From Patescibacteria group bacterium (GTDB taxonomy: Bacteria > Patescibacteriota > Patescibacteriia > SG8-24): a DNA stretch of 64,000 nucleotides. Below the pieces are notes generated by a model. It made no database searches, had not been told where the DNA came from, and saw only the letters and a program-made list of their open reading frames with translations. Position numbers and translations under genes: made by a program. This document shows positions 9,598-17,300 of the stretch, in pieces. Every line of letters starts with the position of its first letter. Within the stretch, counting starts at the first letter, position 1. The stretch spans positions 705-64,704 of the forward strand of contig JAYEJB010000043.1 of the NCBI GenBank assembly GCA_034716415.1. Reading direction: 5' to 3'.

Positions 9598-9803
9598 CGA
9601 GACTTTGCGTTGCAGTAATGATAAATTCGTCTTCACACAAGAGAGAAGCTCGCGCTTCTCTTCTTTTGTTCCGGTCGTGAGGACATGCCGGACGTAGGCT
9701 TTGTGGTCGAGGCGAGGGACTTTCTTCAGTCCGCTGTCTGCACCTAGTACGCTCTCCATCAGTGATTGATACTTCGCGATTTCCGTATCGAATTTCTTCT
9801 TTG
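9577..9803 (-). pseudogene. C-terminal remnant of a site-specific (large serine-type) recombinase
   Basis: Frame KKKFDTEIAKYQSLMESVLG...KAYVRHVLTTGTKEEKRELLSCVKTNL resembles from memory the coiled-coil tail of CPR recombinases; cut off upstream by a half palindromic element. Confidence 0.45.
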
Positions 9804-9884
9804 ATTAGGTGTCAGGTCTTGAATGTTGGCATTTTTCAAAACGTCCAAACACAAAATAACCGCCTTTCGGCGGTTGTTTTGACG

Positions 9885-9913
9885 TGGTAGCCCATAGTAG
9901 TGTGAATTGGAAC
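9885..9913 (-). other. degenerate tRNA 3'-end-like att junction
   Basis: Minus strand reads GTTCCAATTCACACTACTATGGGCTACCA (T-loop-like start, ...ACCA end). Confidence 0.4.
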
Positions 9914-10051
9914 ACCTTGATAGGGGAGGTGGGGAGGTGGTTTGGGGAGTTGGTGGTGCGACAATGTTAGTGCGATTCGGGGCCGTGTCTTTAATCTTTA
10001 GTTTTTGGGTGGTATCGCTGGATTAAAGACACGGTCCGGTCCCATTTCGAT

Positions 10052-10083
10052 AAAAAATACCACTCTCGTGAGTGGTATTTTTT
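10052..10083. terminator. bidirectional intrinsic terminator after fmt
   Basis: aaaaaataccactc-tcgt-gagtggtatttttt perfect hairpin. Confidence 0.85.
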
Positions 10084-10090
10084 AGCTGAC

Positions 10091-11041
10091 TTAAGCCAAA
10101 ATATCAGGATAGCCGCGTAGGAAGGCGTCGCCTGACATGGGGCGGCGGCCGTCGGGTTGGACCTCCAGCAGTTTCAGCGCGCCGCGCTCGGCCGCGATGA
10201 TCGGGAAGCCGTCCTTCGAGACAGCGATCTGCCCGGGCTTCATGCCCTGCTCGGGTTTGGAGACCGCTTCGGCCCAGAGTATCTTCAGGCGTAGTTCGCC
10301 GTCTTTCCTGGCGAGAGTCGTGCAAGTGCCTGGCCAGGGCGTGAACGCGCGTACTCTGCGTTCCATGCTCTCCGCCCCTTCTGCGGTCCAGTCGATCAGG
10401 CCGTCTTTCTTTTTGAGGATCTTCGTGTAGGTGGCGCTGTCGTGGTCCTGTTCGTGTGCTTCGAGCTCACCCGCGATGAACTTCAGCAGGTCTTCGACGA
10501 TGAGTTGCGCCGCCGAGTCCGCCAGTTTGTCCAGGAGCGACGGATAATCGTCTTCCGGATCGATCTCCACGACCAGCTTCGACAACAGCGGTCCATGATC
10601 CATCTTCTCGTCCATCACCATCAGCGTGACGCCGGTCGCGCCATCTCCCTCAAGTATAGCGGTCTGTATCGGCGAGGCGCCGCGATGTTTCGGCAGGAGC
10701 GAGCCGTGCAGGTTCAGCGCCCCCCTCTTCGGAATATCAAGGATCACTTTCGGGATAATCTGTCCGTAGGCGGCCACGACAAAGACATCCGCGTCGAGCT
10801 CCTTCAGCTCGTCGACCGCCCCGCCTTTCTTGAGCGATTCAGGCTGCAGCAGAGTCAGACCGAGCTCGCGCGCCACACCAGCGACCGGAGACGTCTTCAT
10901 CTCGCCTTTCCTTCCGGCTGGACGATCAGGTTGTGATACCACTGCTGCAACATCAAAAAGCTCCGGCCGGTCGAGCAACGCTCGCAGTGCCGGAACCGCA
11001 AATTCAGATGTCCCGAAATAGATTAAGCGGATGGGGTTCAT
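10091..11041 (-). CDS. fmt: methionyl-tRNA formyltransferase
   Basis: 'YFGTSEFAV', 'VSQPDRPAGR', 'NLHGSLLPKHRGASPI', 'VRAFTPWP'. Confidence 0.97.
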   Translation of the reverse strand: MNPIRLIYFGTSEFAVPALRALLDRPELFDVAAVVSQPDRPAGRKGEMKTSPVAGVARELGLTLLQPESLKKGGAVDELKELDADVFVVAAYGQIIPKVILDIPKRGALNLHGSLLPKHRGASPIQTAILEGDGATGVTLMVMDEKMDHGPLLSKLVVEIDPEDDYPSLLDKLADSAAQLIVEDLLKFIAGELEAHEQDHDSATYTKILKKKDGLIDWTAEGAESMERRVRAFTPWPGTCTTLARKDGELRLKILWAEAVSKPEQGMKPGQIAVSKDGFPIIAAERGALKLLEVQPDGRRPMSGDAFLRGYPDILA

Positions 11042-11077
11042 GGGGGGTAGTGATGGGGCAAGACGGGGCTCTTTTTC

Positions 11078-11198
11078 TTGTCATTGCGCCCCGCCGACAG
11101 CGGGGTCCCGCCTTCTCTAGATTAGATATATGTGGCGGGAAGGAGCGGAGCGACGCGGCAATCCCGACGGGATTGCTTCGCTTCGCTCGTAATGACAA
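11078..11198. repeat. complete GTCATTGCG-family palindromic element with nested insert
   Basis: ttgtcattgcg...cgtaatgacaa; internal ccccgcc...tatgtggcgggaagg block shared with 141-220 and 17119-17206. Confidence 0.85.
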
Positions 11199-11288
11199 GA
11201 AGGGGTGAGATGCGGTAGGCGGGGGAGAAGGGGAGAAGAAAGCTTCTATCCCCGCTGACGGCCAGAGGCCGTGTCCCCGCTGTACCCG

Positions 11289-11756
11289 CTATCCCTGCTG
11301 TTCCTTAATTCGATCTATATAAAGGATACCGTCGAGATGGTCCATCTCATGCTGCATGACCCGGGCGAAGAAGCCCTTGGCGACGAACGTCACCTCCCGG
11401 CCGTCGATCGTCAGTGCTTTTACCGTCACTTCGCTGGCGCGGCGTACGATGCCGAACTTGCCGGGAATGGAGAGACAGCCTTCTTCGTATTTGCCCGTCT
11501 TCTTACTGCGTTTGGTGAATTCCGGATTCACGAGCGCGATCGGACCGTCTTCCGTGTCGGCGACGTAGACGCGTTTACCGACACCGATCTGCGGCGCGGC
11601 GAGCCCGACTCCGTCCTCGACCCGCATCGTCTCGACCATGTCGTCGATCAGGGTCACGAAATCCGCGCTCCCGAGTTCCTTGGGATCGATCTCTGCGGCG
11701 CGCGTCGTCAGCACGTCGTTCTTGTCGTCGATTGTCACGATTTTCCTGATTGCCAT
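11289..11756 (-). CDS. def: peptide deformylase
   Basis: 'GVGLAAPQIG', 'EGCLSIP', 'QHEMDHLDG'. Confidence 0.97.
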   Translation of the reverse strand: MAIRKIVTIDDKNDVLTTRAAEIDPKELGSADFVTLIDDMVETMRVEDGVGLAAPQIGVGKRVYVADTEDGPIALVNPEFTKRSKKTGKYEEGCLSIPGKFGIVRRASEVTVKALTIDGREVTFVAKGFFARVMQHEMDHLDGILYIDRIKEQQG

Positions 11757-11868
11757 GGTGTTTTTGTTGTTGCGGGTGGAATGCTTTTATGTACGGGATT
11801 GCCGCGGTCGGACTGCGGGCCTCCCTCGCAATGACAAAGGGTGTGAAGGGGAGAGGGAAGGGAAGTCG

Positions 11869-13764
11869 TTATATAGTCTCCGGATTCCTGTCTATTATAT
11901 GGTCTTCCGGTAGGCTGTTCAACAGCTCTCCGACTTTCTGCGGGATCGCTTTGGGTGTCTTGATGGCCACGACGCGCCTGTATGTACCGTCACGAAACGG
12001 ACGTTTAGGCTTCAGCGGACCGGCGACCGAAGTGCCGGAACCGATGAGCGAGCGCTCTGCCTCCATCTTGAACTCCCGCGCGCGGCGTTCGGCCCGATTT
12101 TCGTCATCCTCCCTGATCGTCACCGTTATGAGATTACCTGACGGCGGGTAGCTGGACTTGAATCGGCTCTCGGCCTCTACCCGCATGAATGCGTCGGTGT
12201 CCGCCAGCAGTCGCCGGATTTTGGAGCTTTCCGGATCGACAGTCTGCAATAACAGGTCTGCCCCGCTCGATGCGGCGATATCGCGCATCAGCCGCACCGC
12301 CCTCCATGCGTCTTCCATGACGCGGAATCCGGGGTGGGCCAGTAGTCCGTCCGTGTCGACCGCCACCACACAACCCCAGTCGGTCCCTTCGTAGTCATTC
12401 TCGGCCGCGTCATGCAGCAGGAGCCGTGTCCCGACGTAGATGTCGGCGTCTCCCGGCAGGGCACCGCTCCCGTCAGACGGGACAGATTCGGAATCGTGTC
12501 GGCAGACTCTGGCGTCCGGGAACATCCGGTCCAGTGCGTCAGCGACTGAGGTCGTGCCCATGCCGACTGGTCGGAGCGTCGTTCCGCCGCATTTGGCGCA
12601 ACGGTCAGGTGCTTGCCGTTTGGTATCGCAACGCCGGCAGTGCAGTGTTTCATCGGTGAAAGATTCCGCTATACCGCAACGATCGCAGCGGAATACCTGT
12701 CCGCAATCAGCGCAGGCGAGCGCGCCCGCCGAACCTTTGCGGTTAAGGAACATTAGCACTTTTTTGCCCTGATGTAAAGAGTCGCGAATACGCTCGACGG
12801 CTACCGGGGACAGGGGATTATCCCGCCCAAGCGGATTGCCTGAAACATCAACAAGACTAGCTCCTAAGCTCCTTAGCTCCTTAGCTCCTAAGCTTTCCGT
12901 ATAGTCGAATTCACCCGCCTTCACCTTCGCGTACTCTTCAAGTCGCGGTGCGTGCGACATGAAGACCACGTCCGCACCGGAGTGTTCGGCCCGGAAGCGC
13001 GCTACTTCCCGCGCGTCATAACGCGGATTCTGGTCATATTGGCGCAGGTCTCCGCTGTCCGATTCGAGCAAGAGGAACAATCCTGGGTTCCTGATCGGAG
13101 CGAACACGGCAGGGCGGCCGCCTACGACGATGACCTGCTCTCGAGCGAGGATATCCCCCCAGGCGCGGCGCAGTTTGGCGTCAGCGGTCCGACCGCTGAC
13201 GCGGATGATCGGTATTTCCTTGAATTTCCTTTCGAGCTTCGCCGCGATATCATCAACCTCCCCGACATGCGGCGTGACGATTACCGCGCTACGACTCTCT
13301 TCGATCGTCTTTTGTATCACCCGCACGGTTTCCTCAAGCTTTTCACTCGGGCTAGCGTATCTAATGACGGACCTCTGTTTTTTTCTATTATAACTTTCTG
13401 ACTCTCTCACTTTCTCACTTTCTAACTCTCTCACGACCAGTGTCTTCGGTGTCCGTGGCAGGAACGCCTTCAGTGCCGTTGCCGGTGCCACGAAATATCT
13501 CGCCGCCATCCATTCGGGAAGGCGCGTCAAATCTTCTCCCAATGCATGCAGATCACCGAGTCCCAGTATCTCCTTGATCGATTTCGCGTCGATTTCCGGC
13601 TTCTCGTTCGCCTTTATGACCAGGCCATCTACGGGACGACCGCGCCAGGGGACCACGATCCAACTGCCGCGTTTCACAAAATCGCGATACTCATCAGGTA
13701 TCGCGTAGTCGAACGCCCTGAGCGTCCTCGGCAGTTTTACGGCAGGGATGACTTTGGCGAACAT
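11869..13764 (-). CDS. priA: primosomal protein N' (PriA), helicase motifs degenerate
   Basis: N-terminal 3'-binding domain ('FDYAIP...VVPW'), 'NPRYDAR', 'FLNRKG', Cys-rich CxxC x4, C-terminal 'YPP'; Walker A and DEAH absent. Confidence 0.88.
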   Translation of the reverse strand: MFAKVIPAVKLPRTLRAFDYAIPDEYRDFVKRGSWIVVPWRGRPVDGLVIKANEKPEIDAKSIKEILGLGDLHALGEDLTRLPEWMAARYFVAPATALKAFLPRTPKTLVVRELESEKVRESESYNRKKQRSVIRYASPSEKLEETVRVIQKTIEESRSAVIVTPHVGEVDDIAAKLERKFKEIPIIRVSGRTADAKLRRAWGDILAREQVIVVGGRPAVFAPIRNPGLFLLLESDSGDLRQYDQNPRYDAREVARFRAEHSGADVVFMSHAPRLEEYAKVKAGEFDYTESLGAKELRSLGASLVDVSGNPLGRDNPLSPVAVERIRDSLHQGKKVLMFLNRKGSAGALACADCGQVFRCDRCGIAESFTDETLHCRRCDTKRQAPDRCAKCGGTTLRPVGMGTTSVADALDRMFPDARVCRHDSESVPSDGSGALPGDADIYVGTRLLLHDAAENDYEGTDWGCVVAVDTDGLLAHPGFRVMEDAWRAVRLMRDIAASSGADLLLQTVDPESSKIRRLLADTDAFMRVEAESRFKSSYPPSGNLITVTIREDDENRAERRAREFKMEAERSLIGSGTSVAGPLKPKRPFRDGTYRRVVAIKTPKAIPQKVGELLNSLPEDHIIDRNPETI

Positions 13765-13886
13765 GGTGTTGGGTAAGTACGGAAGTCTAGAAGAATATCT
13801 CCTGTACCCCCATATTCCTATACTCCTGTACTTATTTCAAACTAAAAACGCCCTCCGTCCAGAAAGGCGCCTCATCAGTAACGCAA

Positions 13887-14684
13887 TCACGACACGCGGA
13901 TCGAGGCGACCAGATAGCCCACGCCGAGCGGTTTTTCGTAGGAAAGGATCTCTGCCTCGTGGTGTACGCCATCCAGCACGCCGAACATCATCGCGAGAGC
14001 CCTGGCGCTGCAGGTGCTCGCCTCTTCCATCCAGGCCTCGTCGATATCGAGGATGCCTACCGGGTTATGTTCGCGCAGTACCTCGATGACCTTCTCGTCG
14101 AACGCTACTCCTTTGGGCGACAGGCCATCCGGAGATTTTTCGCTGACCCGATGCGACAGGTCGGCTGACGCCACCACCGCGATACGCTCGGTCGACTTTA
14201 TGATCTCTCCTTTCATCTTCTTGCCGAATTCGTAATGCGTTTTCAAGTCCATCTTCGAAGATGGCACGATCGGAATCACATTGATGTCCTTCACGTGCTG
14301 AGTGAGATAGTAGAGCGGTACGGAAGTGCCGTAGTCGAGTTCATCCTGGCTGTTCATCGCCATTTGAAGGTCGCTCGTCTTGAAATCCTCCCGCAGACGG
14401 TCCATCAGCATCATTGCCGGCTTCCATTCCATCTTCGTCACGAGGTCGCCGAACTCCTCGAAGTTCGAGACATATTTGGCGTTCATGTTGATGGTGATGG
14501 CATCGGGGAGCGTGTCGCCGTGCGGGGAGATGACGATCAGCACGTCGGGTTGGGCGATATACAAATCCTGCTCCAGCCGTTCCATGGCGGATTTGGTGCT
14601 CTTGATGATATCGAGGCCACCCTTGCCGATACTTGGGATGAGTACTGGGGTGTGGGCGGCAATGGCCGTGAATACGAGAGCCAT
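13887..14684 (-). CDS. MEMO1/LigB-like protein (AmmeMemoRadiSam protein B-like)
   Basis: 'HTPVLIP', 'ISPH', 'LDYGTSVPL', 'ASADLSH', 'SYEKPLGVGY'. Confidence 0.85.
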   Translation of the reverse strand: MALVFTAIAAHTPVLIPSIGKGGLDIIKSTKSAMERLEQDLYIAQPDVLIVISPHGDTLPDAITINMNAKYVSNFEEFGDLVTKMEWKPAMMLMDRLREDFKTSDLQMAMNSQDELDYGTSVPLYYLTQHVKDINVIPIVPSSKMDLKTHYEFGKKMKGEIIKSTERIAVVASADLSHRVSEKSPDGLSPKGVAFDEKVIEVLREHNPVGILDIDEAWMEEASTCSARALAMMFGVLDGVHHEAEILSYEKPLGVGYLVASIRVS

Positions 14685-14866
14685 ACTCCTATATTTTACC
14701 ATTTCTCTAAAGGGTTGGCGACCCTGATAAGGCGGATTTTACTCTATTCTTGACAAGAAGGCAAAAAAAGCGGTAAATTAAGCTACCGGGAAGGCTTAAA
14801 GTCGTCCCAAAATCGTACTTTGAATTTGATTTCCGCAGGCGGTGTCCTGCAAGGAAGGAGAAGACG

Positions 14867-15085
14867 ATGTTGAAGGCTATTGTAGCCTGGATCTTCACTT
14901 GGATCTTTCAGAAGCTCATCATGAAGTACATCTGGGGCTTCGCTCTGAAGGTCATCAAGAAGATCGTCGACTGGATCTTCAAGCCCAAGCCGAAGAAGAA
15001 CGGACGAGGTATCGTCTGGCGGCTCATCGATCTCGTCGTGCGGCTCGCCAAGTGGATTCGGGACATCTTCAGGCGCCGGCGCTAG
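14867..15085 (+). CDS. small cationic Trp-rich amphipathic protein
   Basis: 72 aa, RBS GGAG, TTGACA promoter upstream; repeated W-I-F motifs. Confidence 0.65.
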   Translation: MLKAIVAWIFTWIFQKLIMKYIWGFALKVIKKIVDWIFKPKPKKNGRGIVWRLIDLVVRLAKWIRDIFRRRR

Positions 15086-15111
15086 CGGCCCACCGAGGGA
15101 GGAGATAAGAG

Positions 15112-15366
15112 ATGGATTCTGTCATTCAATTCGTCGTTTCCCACTGGTGGGGCATTCTGATCGTCGCCGTTTCGCTCTTCTGGTCGGTGCCGACGATGTT
15201 CGTCGGCGGGAAACTGCACCTCAAGAAGTGGGGTGAGTATCGCATGGGGAAGCGCAAAGGCGGCTTCATCAAGCGATTCGCCGACTACGGCTTCGGGTGG
15301 ATCCTCGGTCTGATATGGCCGCTGACGATCGCACTCGTCATCCGCAAGTCGAAAAAAGACGCATAG
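15112..15366 (+). CDS. small membrane protein
   Basis: Two hydrophobic segments, GGAGGAG RBS. Confidence 0.7.
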   Translation: MDSVIQFVVSHWWGILIVAVSLFWSVPTMFVGGKLHLKKWGEYRMGKRKGGFIKRFADYGFGWILGLIWPLTIALVIRKSKKDA

Positions 15367-15471
15367 GTATCGGCCAAAGACACAGGGCGCAACGCGCCCT
15401 CTTTTTTATCGAAGCTCGCCGAGAATCACCCGAAGCTTTACGCGAAGGGTGATAGCGACTGGAGAAGCGAG

Positions 15472-15759
15472 ATGGAGATATACACCAGGATCGCCGCGGG
15501 AATCGGCGGGTTACTGCTCGTTGGACTGATGTGTTACGGGATCATCAGGACAGCCACCAACTATGCCGTGTCCCATGACGATCCTCAAAAGTGGAAACGA
15601 TTCGCGGGATCATGGTCCGGCGCGTTTGCCATGGTGGGTTCGTTCCTACTGGTGGCGCTGGTTCCCGCGTTCGGCATCTTCATTGTGGCGGTACTGCCAC
15701 TCGTAGAGGATGCCATGGCGGCGTTCGCTAAGGATTCAGCTGGTGAAGTGTCGGAATAA
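15472..15759 (+). CDS. small membrane protein
   Basis: Two to three hydrophobic segments, GGAG RBS. Confidence 0.65.
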   Translation: MEIYTRIAAGIGGLLLVGLMCYGIIRTATNYAVSHDDPQKWKRFAGSWSGAFAMVGSFLLVALVPAFGIFIVAVLPLVEDAMAAFAKDSAGEVSE

Positions 15760-15801
15760 AGAGTGTTTATGCGCTCTTTTTTGTTTATCCATAGGGGGTA
15801 C

Positions 15802-15830
15802 TTGCCGTTCGGTTTTTGTTCGGGTATACT
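15802..15830 (+). promoter_or_regulatory. lexA promoter with LexA operator (TTCGG-N6-TTCGG)
   Basis: TTGCCG (15802-07), 17 bp, TATACT (15825-30); direct repeat TTCGG-tttttg-TTCGG (15808-15823) fills the spacer. Confidence 0.8.
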
Positions 15831-15863
15831 TTGGATAGTGAAAGACGAGCTGTGGATAAACAT

Positions 15864-16487
15864 ATGACGCCAACAGATAAATTAACCAAGAAACAGACGC
15901 AGGTACTCGAGTTCGTGACTGAGTATATCCGCGATAATGGCTACGCGCCGTCGTACCGGGAAATCGGGGAAGCGCTCGGTGTATCATCGACTGCGACCGT
16001 GCACGAGCATATCAAGAATCTGGAGCAGAAAGGGTATCTGTCAGGGGAGGGGAGCTCGGCGCGCGGTCTGGAGGTGGACGAGGCGATCATGCGCGCAGCT
16101 GAGGGATTTTCCTTGCCGCTCATGGGGCTGATAACCGCGGGCGAACCCATTGAGGCTGTCGAGGAGGGGGAGGAGGTCGAAGTGCCGTCTTCGCTCGTCG
16201 GGAAGCCGGGGGAGACGTATGTGTTGCGGGTGAAAGGGGAGTCGATGATTGAAGACGGGATTCTTTCTGGAGATTATGTGATTGTTGAGCGGAATCCGTC
16301 ACCTAGGAATGGAGAGATAGTTGTGGCTTTGCTGGAGAACACGTACGCAACGTTGAAACGGTTGTATAAGGAGAAGGGAAAGATTCGGTTACAGCCAGCC
16401 AACAGCACCATGAAGCCGATATACGTGAAGTCTGTGGATGTTCAGGGAGTCGTGCGAGGGGTGATTCGAAATTACAGATCAGTTTAA
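15864..16487 (+). CDS. lexA: SOS transcriptional repressor LexA
   Basis: 'LTKKQTQVL...GYAPSYREI', 'ITAGEP' Ala-Gly cleavage site, 'GESM' Ser and 'ATLKR' Lys. Confidence 0.97.
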   Translation: MTPTDKLTKKQTQVLEFVTEYIRDNGYAPSYREIGEALGVSSTATVHEHIKNLEQKGYLSGEGSSARGLEVDEAIMRAAEGFSLPLMGLITAGEPIEAVEEGEEVEVPSSLVGKPGETYVLRVKGESMIEDGILSGDYVIVERNPSPRNGEIVVALLENTYATLKRLYKEKGKIRLQPANSTMKPIYVKSVDVQGVVRGVIRNYRSV

Positions 16488-16504
16488 TCAATAAATTGTA
16501 CTTT

Positions 16505-17049
16505 GGAATCGAAAGGTCGCTTCGACCCGTCTGATGAGGTGAGATGTGTCTGGCCGGATCGAGTCACTAAGTGATTTACGCCAAGGCGTAAATCGAACCT
16601 GTGATTCGTAAGGCCGGATACGCTCGCTCATCAGACAGGTCGAAAACAAAAGCATCGTACCTGTGGGAGACTGGCACGATGCTTGCGTAGTCCCGTTTGA
16701 CGGGACTACTGAACCACGCACTGTGGCACCAACAATATAACATGGTGCCATAATTAAGCCAAGAAATTATGGCAAGAAGAAGAATACGCGCTGCCTGGCG
16801 GCAGTTCGTCGGCGCACTTTCTGATGTGGTAATGGCCCGCTGAATGATGAGGGCCGCCAGGTCACCGCCGATGATAGAGATCTCATCCCGGCAGCAACTT
16901 TATTGTGATCAATGTCCGTGGAACACTATGAGAGAACGCGGCAACGCATTCGTCCCCGCGTTCATGGCGCAGAGTTGCATCGGGATACAAGCTACATAGA
17001 CGGCGATAATAAAAGATTTCCGCGTCTCCCTCGCGGAAATCTTTTTATC
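16505..17049 (+). ncRNA. candidate large structured non-coding RNA (unassigned)
   Basis: No credible long ORF; dense nested helices (16521-38/16627-44, 16573-94, 16651-83, 16687-709, 16724-50, 16746-74, 16934-63); ends in a strong terminator. Strand inferred from lexA. Confidence 0.5.
17005..17049. terminator. intrinsic terminator
   Basis: aaaagatttccgcg-tctccct-cgcggaaatctttt. Confidence 0.85.
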
Positions 17050-17050
17050 A

Positions 17051-17206
17051 TTGTCATTGCGAGCGGACGCGTCTGCCTATCGGTAGGAAGCAATTCCGTC
17101 GGTTTAAGCCTGATTCACGGGATTGCTTCGTCGCTTCGCTCCTTCCCGCCACATATCTCTAATTCAGAGAAGGCGGGACCCCGCCATGGGCGGGGCGCAA
17201 TGACAA
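17051..17206. repeat. GTCATTGCG-family palindromic element
   Basis: ttgtcattgcg...cgcaatgacaa, followed by a degenerate copy at ~17220-17295. Confidence 0.85.
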
Positions 17207-17300
17207 AAGGGGTGAAGAGGCGGAGAAAGACGACGAAGCAATTCCGTCGGAATCGCTTCGTTCCCAGGCTCGCGAGCCGGAGCCCTCATAATGATATTGA

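Noticed and set aside
16505-17049. tmRNA, RNase P RNA or hammerhead identity for the structured element (tag-like frame AKKLWQEEEYAL; CTGATGAG; GTGCCACAG on the minus strand)
   Set aside because: No tRNA-like GGGG 5' end or T-arm/CCA end, no GAGGAAAGTCC, and the CTGATGAG is fully paired within a stem.
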